Shown here: piece by piece, positions 1-9,437 of the stretch
How positions within the stretch are numbered: the stretch's first letter is position 1
Layout of the letters: each line of letters begins with the position of its first letter
NCBI GenBank assembly: GCA_005882045.1
Contig: VBHO01000010.1
Location: 680 to 64,679, forward strand
Reading direction: 5' to 3'
Origin: Chloroflexota bacterium
GTDB lineage: Bacteria > Chloroflexota > Dormibacteria > CF-121
Length of the DNA: 64,000 bases
The notes under the pieces: model-generated
What the model was told of the DNA's origin: nothing
What the model saw: the letters and a program-made list of their open reading frames with translations, nothing else
Databases searched by the model: none
Made by a program: the position numbers and the translations under genes

Positions 1-386
1 ATCTCCCCGTCTGCCGCGCGGCGAACCGCTTCGACCACGTCAGCGGTGGCACGCGACTTCGGGAGGTAGGCGCAGGCTCCGGCGCGGACCGCCGCGATCA
101 TCGCCACCTCGCTTTCGTCGGCGCTGAGAAAGACGATCGGCACCGCCGGCTGGCCCTCGCGGATGTGGCCGGCGACGTCCGCCCCGCTGCCGTCCGGCAG
201 GTGGGAGTCCATCACCACGACATCGGGCTGCTGGAGCAGAGCCTGCCGCACCGCCTCCGCCGCGGTCGCGGCTGTCGCTATCACCTTGAGGTCGCCGGTG
301 GCATTGATCATGGCGGCCAGCCCTTCCGACACCAGGAGGTGGTCCTCGACGAGCAAGACGGTGATCGGCGCGTGGTCAGGCGGCAT
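1..386 (-). CDS. Response regulator, receiver domain visible (N-terminal part only; gene continues beyond window start). Probably NarL/LuxR-family partner of the adjacent HisKA_3 kinase.
   Basis: Minus-strand translation MPPDHAPITVLLVEDHLLVSEGLAAMINATGDLKVIATAATAAEAV...VVMDSHLPDGSGADVAGHIREGQPAVPIVFLSADESEVAMIAAVRAGA is a canonical REC domain. Its start overlaps the stop of the upstream kinase by 11 nt. Confidence 0.8.
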   Translation of the reverse strand, partial: MPPDHAPITVLLVEDHLLVSEGLAAMINATGDLKVIATAATAAEAVRQALLQQPDVVVMDSHLPDGSGADVAGHIREGQPAVPIVFLSADESEVAMIAAVRAGACAYLPKSRATADVVEAVRRAADGE

Positions 387-1602
387 TGCTAACCACCTCC
401 CTGGCATCCGGGATCCAGTACTCGACGACGCAGCCCTGGCCGGCGGATGACGTGATTCGAAACCACCCGCCTGCCATCTCGGCACGTTCGCGCATGGCGA
501 TCAGGCCGAGGTGACCTGGGACGGACCCGTTGCGGCCGCTATCGAAGCCCACGCCGTTGTCGACGATGCGAGTCAAGACGCCGTCATCCACAGCCGACAC
601 TGCACATTCGACGCGGCGGGCCCGGGCATGCTTGCGCACGTTGGCCAGCACCTCCTGGGCAATGCGGTAGGCGATCACCTGCGTTTCGGATGCCGGGTTG
701 TGCTCCAGCGCCGTCTGTAGCTCGACCTCGATGCCGGTTTCTTGTTTCATCGTGTCGAGGTACTGTCGCAGCGCCGCCGGAAGTCCGCCCTCATCCAATG
801 CAGCTGGCCGCAACTCGAAGAGCAGGTGGCGCAGGCGATCGGTGGATTGCTGCACGTTTTGCTGGAGGCGGTCCACCTGCTCGATCTGGGCGGCATCGTG
901 CATTGACTCCCGTAGCGAGAACAGACGGAGGCCGACGGCGAACATCGACTGGATCGAATCGTCGTGGATGTCGCTAGCGATCGCCCGCCGCTCCGCCTCC
1001 TGGGCATTGACCAGCCGTCGGAGCAGCGCGCGACGGTTCTGGTCCACCTGCTTGAGCGTCTCCACCGACTGCCGCAACGCGGCTTCGGTGCGGCGGCCCT
1101 CCGTCACGTCCATCGCCACCACGATCGCGCCCGCCGTGTTCCCGGCGGCATCGCGGAACGGCGCCAGGCTGAAGGAAAAGGTTCGCTCCCCCTGGGTCAG
1201 CTCAGCCCGTCCCTCGATCCCCGAGAGGGACTGGCGAATGCCCTCGACCACCCTGGGGTGCTCGACGAAGAGATCGGCAGCCGACCAGCCCACGGCCTCG
1301 CCCGGTTTCTTGCCGAGTGGGTCGGGCCCGACCCCGGCGGAGAAGGTGATCGCCCCATCACGGTCGATCGCAAACAGCACGATCGCGGCGCTATCGACAA
1401 TGGCCCGCACGCGCGCCTCGCTCTCGCGCAGCTGCCGTTGCACCTGGAGGCGCTGCTCCAACTCGTCTCGAAACATGGCCTGTTTGCGATCGAGCTCAGC
1501 CGTCGCGGCCGCGGCGGCTCGCGCGCGCGCCCGGCTCGCACCCGGTGGCCAGGTGAACAGCCGGCGAATCACGGCATCGACCGCGGAGCGGCCGGCTTCC
1601 AT
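376..1602 (-). CDS. Sensor histidine kinase with PAS domain, HisKA_3-type (NarX/DesK-like) dimerisation domain and HATPase_c.
   Basis: H-box AIASDIHDDSIQSMFAVGLRL, then HATPase motifs (VANVRKHARA, DNGVGF, GHLGLIAMRERAEMAGG). A PAS-like segment lies upstream. The internal ATG at 1602 was chosen because it avoids overlap with the cupredoxin gene; the ORF extends to 1722. Confidence 0.8.
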   Translation of the reverse strand: MEAGRSAVDAVIRRLFTWPPGASRARARAAAAATAELDRKQAMFRDELEQRLQVQRQLRESEARVRAIVDSAAIVLFAIDRDGAITFSAGVGPDPLGKKPGEAVGWSAADLFVEHPRVVEGIRQSLSGIEGRAELTQGERTFSFSLAPFRDAAGNTAGAIVVAMDVTEGRRTEAALRQSVETLKQVDQNRRALLRRLVNAQEAERRAIASDIHDDSIQSMFAVGLRLFSLRESMHDAAQIEQVDRLQQNVQQSTDRLRHLLFELRPAALDEGGLPAALRQYLDTMKQETGIEVELQTALEHNPASETQVIAYRIAQEVLANVRKHARARRVECAVSAVDDGVLTRIVDNGVGFDSGRNGSVPGHLGLIAMRERAEMAGGWFRITSSAGQGCVVEYWIPDAREVVSNAA

Positions 1603-1634
1603 CCCGGTATAACGCGGGGCCGGGGTCGACCGGG

Positions 1635-2162
1635 TTACGGGCGGGTGACGGCCCGACGACGCCCCAGTCCATAGCCCAGGGCTCCGGCAGCCGCGGCAGC
1701 GAGCAATGCCAGCAGCAGCCATGGATCGGCGCCGGAGCGGGGCGAAGCGGTGGCCGGGACGGCTGGTTGGATCACCGCGAGTGGGACGCTCGCCTTGCCA
1801 TCGCCCACGATGACGACGGCGTTCATCCCGTAGTGGAGGGGGCAGCTATACGGAAAGATGCCGGCTGTAGGGAACGTCTGGCTGATGGTCTGACCATCCT
1901 CGAGGGTGCTCGGGCCACGACTCCATCCAGTGCCGACGACCTCGTGCCGCATCGAGTCCCGATTCGACCAGGTCACGATGGCGCCGGGCTGCACGTACAG
2001 GATCGTCGGGCTGAAGCACATGCCGGTGAGGTCGACCCTGGTGCCCACACCCTGGGTGGCGCCTTGATGGCAGCCTCCGCCGGCGAATGCCGTCTGGGCG
2101 GCGACGAGGAGCGCGGCTCCGGTGATCACCGGAACGAATAGGGCGATGATGCCTCTTCTCAT
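1635..2162 (-). CDS. Type-1 (blue) copper cupredoxin, plastocyanin/amicyanin-like, with signal peptide and C-terminal hydrophobic anchor.
   Basis: Ligand pattern H...C-P-L-H-Y-G-M (YSCPLHYGMNAVVIV). Signal peptide MRRGIIALFVPVITGAALLVAAQTAFA. C-terminal WLLLALLAAAAAGALGY segment. Confidence 0.7.
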   Translation of the reverse strand: MRRGIIALFVPVITGAALLVAAQTAFAGGGCHQGATQGVGTRVDLTGMCFSPTILYVQPGAIVTWSNRDSMRHEVVGTGWSRGPSTLEDGQTISQTFPTAGIFPYSCPLHYGMNAVVIVGDGKASVPLAVIQPAVPATASPRSGADPWLLLALLAAAAAGALGYGLGRRRAVTRP

Positions 2163-2226
2163 GTCCCCTATACCCCGCCAGGGACGGGCTGGTTCCATGC
2201 GGGCGCGCCGACTCGGCTTTAGATCC

Positions 2227-2967
2227 CTAGGACGATTGCGCGGCGCCGGCCGCGCGTTCGCCGGTGCCGGCGACGTCGCGGATGGGGTCGAGCCGGTAGC
2301 CGGCTCCCCGGACGGTCACGATCTCGAACCCCAGCTTGCCGAAGCGGCCAAGCTTCTCCCGCAACCAGCGGATATGGACGTCCACCGTCTTGCGGTCGCC
2401 CAGGTAGTTGTAGCCCCAGACCTGCTCCAGCAGGATCTCGCGGGTAAAGACTCGTCCGGGACGGCGGACCAGGTAGGCGAGCAGTTCCCATTCCTTGGGG
2501 GTCAGCTTCAGCTCGGCGTCGTCGACCATGGCTCGGTGCCCGGCGCGGTCGATCCGCAGCCGGCCGAGCCGGTCCTCCTCGACCTCGGGGCGCACATCCC
2601 GCTGCTCGCTGCGCCGCAGTACGGCCGTCATGCGAGCGAAGAGTTCCCGCAGCGAGAAGGGCTTGGTGATGTAATCGTCGGCACCCAATTGCAGCCCCAC
2701 CACCTTGTCGACTTCACTCTCCTTGGCGGTCAGCATGATGATTGGCACGTTGCTTTCCTGGCGGAGGATGCGGCAGACCTCGAGGCCGTTCAACTCGGGC
2801 AGCATGAGGTCGAGCAGGATCAGGTCGGGCCGCGAGCTCCGGGCGCGCGCGACAGCGTCGGCGCCATCCTGCGCCGCCGTGACCACATAGCCTTCTTTCT
2901 TCAGGTTGAAGGTCAGCGTGTCCCGGATGGTCGCGTCATCCTCGACCACGAGGATGCGCTTCGGCAC
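2227..2967 (-). CDS. phoB: OmpR/PhoB-family response regulator (REC + winged helix). By context the phosphate-regulon regulator.
   Basis: MPKRILVVEDDATIRDTLTFNLKKEGY...LILLDLMLPELNGLEVCRIL...; C-terminal LGYNYLGDRKTVDVHIRWLREKL wHTH. Last gene of the pstSCAB-phoU operon. Confidence 0.85.
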   Translation of the reverse strand: MPKRILVVEDDATIRDTLTFNLKKEGYVVTAAQDGADAVARARSSRPDLILLDLMLPELNGLEVCRILRQESNVPIIMLTAKESEVDKVVGLQLGADDYITKPFSLRELFARMTAVLRRSEQRDVRPEVEEDRLGRLRIDRAGHRAMVDDAELKLTPKEWELLAYLVRRPGRVFTREILLEQVWGYNYLGDRKTVDVHIRWLREKLGRFGKLGFEIVTVRGAGYRLDPIRDVAGTGERAAGAAQSS

Positions 2968-3627
2968 CTAGCTGAGCTCCACGATCCGGCCGGTGTGCAG
3001 GAAGACCACGTCTTCGGCGATGTTGGTGACGCGATCCGCGATTCGCTCCAGGTCCTTGGCGAGGAAGAGCAGGATGGCGGCACGCTGGACATTCGCCGGG
3101 TCGTCGACCATGTAGCGGATCAGCTCCTCCCAGATCTTGTGGTACAGGACGTCGACCTCGTCGTCGCGCTCGGCAATGGCGCGCGCCCGGTCCTCGTCGG
3201 CTTCGATGACGGCGCCCAGGATCTCGTGGACCTGCAACTCCGTGAGCTCGGCCATCTTCGGAAGGTCGACGTAGGGCTTCAACTGGGGCAGGTCGTTGAG
3301 CCGGAGCGCCGCCCGCGCTATGCCGACGGCGTGGTCGCCCATCCGCTCCAGTTCGAGCACCATGTGCTGGAAGCTGACGATCAGGCGGAGGTCGCGGGCC
3401 ACCGGCTGCTGGGTCGCCATGATCATGAAGGCCCGCTCGCGCAGCTGCCGGTGCAGCTCATTGACGTCCTGGTCGCGGGCGATGACCATCTTCGCCAGGG
3501 CGTTGTCGCGATCGACCAGCGCCCGCATCGAGTCGGCGATGGCCTGCTCGACCATGCTGCCCAGGCGGACCACGCCGGACTTCAGCTCGGCGAGCTCCTG
3601 GTCGAAAAGGGTACGGGTGGTGGCCAC
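2968..3627 (-). CDS. phoU: Phosphate signalling complex protein PhoU.
   Basis: Two PhoU repeats (LVDRDNALAKMVIARDQDVNELH ... ERMGDHAVGIA ... DLERIADRVTNIAEDVVFLHTG). Located between pstB and phoB. Confidence 0.9.
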   Translation of the reverse strand: MATTRTLFDQELAELKSGVVRLGSMVEQAIADSMRALVDRDNALAKMVIARDQDVNELHRQLRERAFMIMATQQPVARDLRLIVSFQHMVLELERMGDHAVGIARAALRLNDLPQLKPYVDLPKMAELTELQVHEILGAVIEADEDRARAIAERDDEVDVLYHKIWEELIRYMVDDPANVQRAAILLFLAKDLERIADRVTNIAEDVVFLHTGRIVELS

Positions 3628-3637
3628 GAGGGTCGTT

Positions 3638-4483
3638 CTACCCGAAGCGGCCGGTTATGTAATCCTCGGTCCGGCTGTCTTTCGGGCGATTGAAGATGTC
3701 GTCGGTCGGGCCGAACTCAATCACCTCGCCAGCCCGCTTCTGGTTCATCAGCATGAAGGCGGTGAAGTCCGAGGCACGTGCCGCCTGCTGCATGTTGTGC
3801 GTCACGATCACGATCGTATACCGCTCTTTCAGTTCTTGCATGAGTTCTTCGATGCGCAGCGTGGCAATCGGGTCGAGCGCCGAGGCCGGCTCGTCCATAA
3901 GGACGACTTCGGGCTTGACGGCGAGCGCGCGTGCCAGGCATAACCTTTGCTGCTGGCCGCCGGACAGGTTGAGGGCGGAGCGTCGCAACCGGTCTTTCAC
4001 CTCGTTCCACAGCCCGGTGTCCTTGAGGCTCTCTTCCACCACCTCGTTGATCCGTTGTTTCGACCAACCGAGCATGTGAGGCCCGTAGGCGACGTTGTCG
4101 AAGATCGATTTCGGGAAGGGGTTCGCCCGCTGGAACAACATGCCGACCTGTCGGCGCAGGTTGATGACGTCGGTCTCCGGCGAGAGCACGTTGTGGCCGT
4201 CGATCAGCACCTCGCCGGTGGCGCGCGTGCCGGGGACCAGATCGTACATCCGGTTGAACATGCGCAGAAAGGTCGTCTTTCCACAGCCGGAGGGCCCGAT
4301 CAGGGCGGTGATCTTGCGCGCCTGGACGGAAAGCGACGCGTCGTGTAGCGCCTGGAAGTCGCCGTAGAAAAAGTTCACCTTGCGAGCGTCGAGCTTGATC
4401 TCGATGTTCGGCTCGGGCACCGGCGGCGGGGCGACCTCAGTCTGCATCGTGGTCCAAGCCGTCATTCTCCCATTGACCGCCAT
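3638..4483 (-). CDS. pstB: Phosphate ABC transporter ATP-binding protein PstB.
   Basis: Walker [10 protein letters not shown], signature [15 protein letters not shown], Walker [13 protein letters not shown]; PstB-typical N-terminus. Overlaps the pstA stop by 1 nt (TGATG). Confidence 0.92.
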   Translation of the reverse strand: MAVNGRMTAWTTMQTEVAPPPVPEPNIEIKLDARKVNFFYGDFQALHDASLSVQARKITALIGPSGCGKTTFLRMFNRMYDLVPGTRATGEVLIDGHNVLSPETDVINLRRQVGMLFQRANPFPKSIFDNVAYGPHMLGWSKQRINEVVEESLKDTGLWNEVKDRLRRSALNLSGGQQQRLCLARALAVKPEVVLMDEPASALDPIATLRIEELMQELKERYTIVIVTHNMQQAARASDFTAFMLMNQKRAGEVIEFGPTDDIFNRPKDSRTEDYITGRFG

Positions 4484-5322
4484 CAGCGCTGGATCCGCCG
4501 GACATAGACCCGGGCCAGGATGTTGGTGGCCGCCACCAGGATCACGAGCAGCAGCGCTGCCGCCCAGGCCTGGTCCTGCAAGTTGGGGTAGGGAACCAGG
4601 GCATTACGGAAAACGGTGAGCGCCAGGGCGCCCATCGGCTGGAGCGGGTTGGTCTGCACGATATCGTTGCCGAAGGCCGTGAAGAGGAGCGGTGCCGTCT
4701 CGCCGGCGGCGCGCGCCATCGCGAGCAGCGCGCCGGTGACGATGCCTCCCAGCGCGGCCGGCACGACGATTTCTAGCGTCACGCGCCAGCGCGGCGCGCC
4801 CAGGGCAAGTCCGGCTTCACGGAGCGCATTGGGCACCAGCAGGAGCGCGGTCTCCGTCGCCCGAAGGATCACCGGCAGCATCAGCACCGCCAGCGCGATC
4901 GATGCCGAGAGTGCCGAGAAATGATGCGTGGTGAGGACCACCACGCTGTAGCCGAAGATGCCGAAGGCAATCGAGGGCAAGCCGGTTAAGACGTCGCTGA
5001 TGAAACGGACCGTGTCCCCCACCTGGTTGCGTCCGTACTCCGAGAGGAAGATGCCGATCAAGACACCGACCGGTACCGCCAACAGCGACCCGATGCCCAC
5101 GATCTCGAGCGTTCCAATGATGGCGTTGAGCACCCCGCCACCCGGCACCCCCTGCGGATGCGGTGACTGGGTGAAGAATCCCGGCGTCAGGATTCCCGGT
5201 AAACCCTTGATGATGACGAAGAGGAAAAGCACGAGGACCGGGATGGCGGCCACCATCACGCAGAGCACGACCAGCGCGCCAACGACTCGGTCGAGAAGGA
5301 TGCGTACGAAGGGGAGGCTCAT
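4483..5322 (-). CDS. pstA: Phosphate ABC transporter permease PstA.
   Basis: Polytopic ABC permease with EAA-like loop ([30 protein letters not shown]). ATGA overlap with pstC. Confidence 0.88.
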   Translation of the reverse strand: MSLPFVRILLDRVVGALVVLCVMVAAIPVLVLFLFVIIKGLPGILTPGFFTQSPHPQGVPGGGVLNAIIGTLEIVGIGSLLAVPVGVLIGIFLSEYGRNQVGDTVRFISDVLTGLPSIAFGIFGYSVVVLTTHHFSALSASIALAVLMLPVILRATETALLLVPNALREAGLALGAPRWRVTLEIVVPAALGGIVTGALLAMARAAGETAPLLFTAFGNDIVQTNPLQPMGALALTVFRNALVPYPNLQDQAWAAALLLVILVAATNILARVYVRRIQR

Positions 5323-6305
5323 GCTGAGGCCCGAGCCGATCCAGAAAACCGCCAGATCAAAAGGCGCGCCAGGACGTTGACGACGATCGTGATCAGCACC
5401 AGCACCACCCCCAGATAGAAGAGGGAACCGAGGTAGACATTCCCGGTGGCTTCGGTGAATTCGTTGGCGATCACACTCGGCAGCGTGTATCCCGAGGCGA
5501 ACAGCGAGGCGCTGATCTGCATCGTGTTGCCGATCACCATGGTGACCGCGATCGTCTCACCAAGCGCGCGCCCCAGCGACAGCAGGACCGCACCGGTGAT
5601 CCCCACTCGGGCGTAGGGGAGGATCACCGACCAGATGGTCTCGGCGTTGGTCGCGCCGAGCGCCAGGCTGGCCTCGCGGAGCTCGCGAGGGACGGCGCGA
5701 ATCACGTCGCGGGAGAGCGCGATCATGATCGGGAGGACCATGATGGCCAGCACCAGGCCGGCGGTGAGGAAGCCATAGCCGGTAGGCGTGCCCTTGAACA
5801 GCGCAAGGAAGCCCACGGTGTGCTGAAGGAATGGATCGACCTTGTCGCGCATCAAGGGAGTCAGGATGAAAAACGCCCAGAGGCCGATGACGACGCTGGG
5901 AATACCGGCGAGCAACTCGATCAAAAAGGACAGCGGGCCGCGGACCAAGCTCAGGCGAGCGTCCTCCGCGAGGAAAAGCGCGGCGCCCAGTCCGATCGGA
6001 AAGGCGATCAGCAGGGCGATCGCGGAGGTTACCAGTGTGCCGTAGATCGCAGTCAGCGCACCGAACTGATTTCTCACCGGATCCCAGGTGCGGCTGGTAA
6101 AGAAGCCGAGTCCGAACTTTGTGATCGCGGGGAGCGCGGGAATAAACAACGCGATGATGAAGATGACCGCGATCAGCATGATCAGGGCGGCCGCGCCGTA
6201 CGCGATCACGCTGAAGACGCGGTCGCCTGAAACGAGCGGCCGCTGGTGGCTCGCGGCCACCAGCGGCGTGGGAACCATCCGCTCGGCGGCAGTTCCTCGA
6301 CTCAT
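5319..6305 (-). CDS. pstC: Phosphate ABC transporter permease PstC.
   Basis: Polytopic permease with EAA loop (LREASLALGATNAETIWSVILPYARVGITGAV). Lies between pstS and pstA. Confidence 0.88.
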   Translation of the reverse strand: MSRGTAAERMVPTPLVAASHQRPLVSGDRVFSVIAYGAAALIMLIAVIFIIALFIPALPAITKFGLGFFTSRTWDPVRNQFGALTAIYGTLVTSAIALLIAFPIGLGAALFLAEDARLSLVRGPLSFLIELLAGIPSVVIGLWAFFILTPLMRDKVDPFLQHTVGFLALFKGTPTGYGFLTAGLVLAIMVLPIMIALSRDVIRAVPRELREASLALGATNAETIWSVILPYARVGITGAVLLSLGRALGETIAVTMVIGNTMQISASLFASGYTLPSVIANEFTEATGNVYLGSLFYLGVVLVLITIVVNVLARLLIWRFSGSARASA

Positions 6306-6312
6306 TGCGACG

Positions 6313-7425
6313 TTAGGACGGGGCGGGCACGCTGAGGAGGGTGCTGCCTCCCGAGGTAACGGTCTTCAGTGAATTGATGTCGTCGCGCACGATGTTGGAC
6401 GGAAGCCTCGCATAGTGGACATTGGCCGCGTACTGCTGGCCGTCGGTGACCAGCCAGTCGAGGAAGTCGACCAGCGCGGTGCCTTTGGTCTTGTCGGGTT
6501 GGTCCGTATAGAGCATCAGCCAGCTGTAGCCGCTGATCGGGGCGCTGTTCTTGCCGGGGGCGTCGACGATCGAGAATTGCGACGGGTTGACGGCCAGGAA
6601 CTGGCTGGCGGCCGCGGTCGCGCCCTCGGGGCTCGGGATCACGAAGTTGCCATCATGGTTCTGCAGCGAGGCCTGGGTCATGTTGGTCTGGAGGACGTAG
6701 GCGAGCTCGACGTAGCCGATCGCCCCGGGCGTCTGCTTGATGGTGGTGGCGACGGCCTCGTTACCCTTGGCGCCCTGGCCGACGGGCCAGGAGACCGACT
6801 TGCCCTTGCCGACCTTGGTCTTCCAGTCAGCGCTCACCGTCGAGAGGTAGTCGGTGAAGATGTAGGTTGTCCCGCTGCCATCCGAGCGGTGCACCACGGT
6901 GATTGACTGGTTGGGCAGGCTGACGCCGCTGTTGTCAGCGGCCAGTGCCGGATCGTTCCAATTCTTGATGGTCCCGAGGAAGATACCGGCGATCGTCTTG
7001 GGCGTGAGCCTGAGCTGGCCGTTCGAGACGCCGGCCAGGTTGTAGGCCATCGATTCCGTGCCCAACGTGGACGCGATCTGGACGACCTTGTCGCTCCCAC
7101 CCGCGGAGGCAAGCTCCGAGGCATTCATCGGCACGTCGCTCGCGCCGAAGTCGACAGTCTTCTTGATCAGCTGCTGGATGCCGGCTCCTGAGCCGATCGA
7201 CTGGTAGTTGATGGTGACCTGGCTGAACTTCTGGTTGTAGGCGAAGCGGGCGGCGTCGTAGAACGGGGCCGGGAAGGTGGCGCCGGCGCCGGTCAGGGAG
7301 GCGGCGGGCGGTGTCGGCACGCCAGGACCGCCGGTGGACGGATTGGTGACGCCGGTGTTGCCACCGCAGGCAGCAAGCAGCAGCACGCTGCTAGCCGCGG
7401 CAACAAATCGAGCGCCGCTCATCAT
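6313..7425 (-). CDS. pstS: Phosphate-binding lipoprotein PstS.
   Basis: Lipoprotein signal MMSGARFVAAASSVLLLAACGG. PBP-like domain (SIGSGAGIQQL, VVHRSDGSGTTYIFTDYL). First gene of the pst operon. Confidence 0.9.
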   Translation of the reverse strand: MMSGARFVAAASSVLLLAACGGNTGVTNPSTGGPGVPTPPAASLTGAGATFPAPFYDAARFAYNQKFSQVTINYQSIGSGAGIQQLIKKTVDFGASDVPMNASELASAGGSDKVVQIASTLGTESMAYNLAGVSNGQLRLTPKTIAGIFLGTIKNWNDPALAADNSGVSLPNQSITVVHRSDGSGTTYIFTDYLSTVSADWKTKVGKGKSVSWPVGQGAKGNEAVATTIKQTPGAIGYVELAYVLQTNMTQASLQNHDGNFVIPSPEGATAAASQFLAVNPSQFSIVDAPGKNSAPISGYSWLMLYTDQPDKTKGTALVDFLDWLVTDGQQYAANVHYARLPSNIVRDDINSLKTVTSGGSTLLSVPAPS

Positions 7426-7517
7426 GTTGGTGTCTCCTCCTTCACAAGCAGGTCACACGACCCTTTGGGCTCATCAACAGGCTAGCCCGCCCTCTTTATG
7501 GGGCGGGGCGCAGATGG

Positions 7518-8615
7518 TTAAGCCGGCGTTAACGACGCGGCCGGCAGGCGGAGCCGAATGACGGTCCCCGCTCCTGGCGTGCTGTCGGCGTCGATGGTGC
7601 CTCCTTGCAACTCGACCAGATGCCGGGCGATCGAAAGGCCGAGGCCGCTTCCCGGAAGGCCACCTCTTGAGCGGTCAACCTTGTAGAACCGCTCGAAGAT
7701 CCGGGAGAGATCACGGGAAGGAATCCCTGGGCCGGTGTCCCGTACAGCGAACTCGACCCGGTCATGGTCGGCGCTGGCAGTGATGACCACCTCCCCTGCG
7801 GGAGTGAACTTGAGGGCATTATCGAGAATGTTCTGTAGTGCCTGGTCGGTCTTCGCCCGGTCGCCGAGCGCCGTGCTGCCCGTGGTCGCAATCTCGGCTC
7901 GTAGGATCAGCTGGCCGGCCGCGGCCCTGGCCTGGTATCGGTCGATAAGAGCGCGGACCAGTTCATCCACCGAGAAGGGCAGGTGTTCCACCGCGATACC
8001 CTCCGCATCGAGCGCAGCCAGCTGATTCAGATTGAACACGATGTTGGCGAGGCGCTCTGCCTCCTGGGTGATGCGGTCGATAAACAGCCGGCTGTCTCCA
8101 TCCGCGGGAAGCTGAGCCGATAGGGTCTGCGCCGCGAGGTCCAGACCAGCCAGCGGCGTTCGAATCTCATGGGAAAGGTTGGCCACGAATTGCTGCCGAA
8201 CCGTTTCGAGGTGGCGCAGCCGGGTTATGTCTCGCACCAGGAGAGCGACCTCGGCATCGGCAAGGGGCACGGCGCGGACCTGCAAGATGCGGCCTGATAC
8301 TGGCAGTTCGACCTCGGCCGCCTGTTCAAGCCGCGACTCACGGGCTCGGAGCGCCAACCCATCGATGCGATGGTCTCGAGCGACGTCGACCAGCGGACGG
8401 CCCACCGGCTGCTCAAGGGCTGGAAACATCAGCCGCGCCGCCGGATTGAGCCAGCGGACCTGATCCCCCTTCAGGAGCAGGACGCCCTCTTCCACGTGAT
8501 CGATGATCCCGGCTAGCATGGGGCGCGACTGGGCAGCATTGCTCGGCTCGGCGGGAGCCGGGATCGAGGTCCCGCTCAAGCCATTTGGCGGTCGCCGTCG
8601 CCAGAATCGCGCCAT
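7518..8615 (-). CDS. PhoR-like sensor histidine kinase (PAS + HisKA + HATPase), apparently cytoplasmic with no TM segments visible.
   Basis: H-box NLSHEIRTPLAGL. N/G1/G2 boxes (LDNALKFTPAG, RDTGPGI, GSGLGLSIARHLVELQGG). Immediately upstream of pstS on the same strand. Start may be the internal M (MLAGIIDH...). Confidence 0.8.
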   Translation of the reverse strand: MARFWRRRPPNGLSGTSIPAPAEPSNAAQSRPMLAGIIDHVEEGVLLLKGDQVRWLNPAARLMFPALEQPVGRPLVDVARDHRIDGLALRARESRLEQAAEVELPVSGRILQVRAVPLADAEVALLVRDITRLRHLETVRQQFVANLSHEIRTPLAGLDLAAQTLSAQLPADGDSRLFIDRITQEAERLANIVFNLNQLAALDAEGIAVEHLPFSVDELVRALIDRYQARAAAGQLILRAEIATTGSTALGDRAKTDQALQNILDNALKFTPAGEVVITASADHDRVEFAVRDTGPGIPSRDLSRIFERFYKVDRSRGGLPGSGLGLSIARHLVELQGGTIDADSTPGAGTVIRLRLPAASLTPA

Positions 8616-8828
8616 CCTCGCCGAATCTAGCAGACGATCGAACCGCCCCAGTGAATGAAAGCCGCTCCAAAAGGGGGAGTGCCTCGGAGCGGCGATGGGA
8701 ACGTGTCAGCGGTGTCCGTAGCATGCACCTCGAAGGCAAAGCGTTGGCCGCCGGACGGTTAACAATCGGACGCCGCTCGCCTTCCTTTAAGGTTGTGTGG
8801 GGACGTCCACTGCAGCGGAGGTGCGGTC

Positions 8829-9437
8829 ATGAGGTTGAGCCTGGTACCCCAGGAGCGGCGGTTCTACGCCCTGTTCAAGAAGCAGGGAGAGTTGGTCAGC
8901 GAGTCTCTGGAGCAGCTACGCAATGGTTTGCTGGAGGGCCAGACGAGGCACCCGCGCCTCCGCGAACTCGAACACGAGTGCGACGACGTGACGCACGAGA
9001 TCTACAACTTGATCAACCAGACCTTCGTCACACCCTTCGAGCGTGAAGATATCTACTCGCTGGCGTCATCGCTGGACGAGGTCGTTGACCTGGCCGAGGA
9101 GGTCTCAGACAAGATTGACCTCTACCGGGTGAAGGAAATCAGCCAGTCCGCTCGCCGCATGGGGGAACTGCTGGCCAAGGCGGGCAAGGAAGTTCAGGAG
9201 GCCGTCGCCAACCTCGAGGGGTTCAAGAACCTGGCTCCCCGCCGGCTCGCGATTCACAGCCTGGAGAACCAGGGGGACCGGGTCACCCGCGAAGCGCTGG
9301 CCGAACTCTTCACGGACGGCGCCAGCCCCAGTGACCTCGTCAAGTGGAAAGATCTTTATGACTTGCTCGAGACGACCATGGACCAGTGCGAACACGTGGC
9401 CAACGTCCTGGAAGCGACCTCGATCAAGAATGCCTGA
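8829..9437 (+). CDS. DUF47 (PhoU-like, TIGR00153) Pit-accessory protein.
   Basis: MRLSLVPQERRFYALFKKQGELV...HECDDVTHEIYNLINQTFVTPFEREDIYSLASSLDEVVD. SD GGAGGT 7 nt upstream of the ATG. Stop overlaps the pit start by 8 nt. Confidence 0.8.
   Translation: MRLSLVPQERRFYALFKKQGELVSESLEQLRNGLLEGQTRHPRLRELEHECDDVTHEIYNLINQTFVTPFEREDIYSLASSLDEVVDLAEEVSDKIDLYRVKEISQSARRMGELLAKAGKEVQEAVANLEGFKNLAPRRLAIHSLENQGDRVTREALAELFTDGASPSDLVKWKDLYDLLETTMDQCEHVANVLEATSIKNA

Noticed and set aside
163-450. 95-aa ORF ending in Gly-Gly, considered as a possible ubiquitin-like sulfur carrier for the MoeB paralogs
   Set aside because: It is antisense to the response-regulator gene, 44 kb away from the MoeB operon, and has no beta-grasp-like composition. 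Spurious.
8616-8828. Possible Pho boxes in the divergent phoR / DUF47-pit intergenic region (single TTAACA, GTTGTGTGG)
   Set aside because: No convincing direct-repeat array was found by eye. It would need comparative footprinting.
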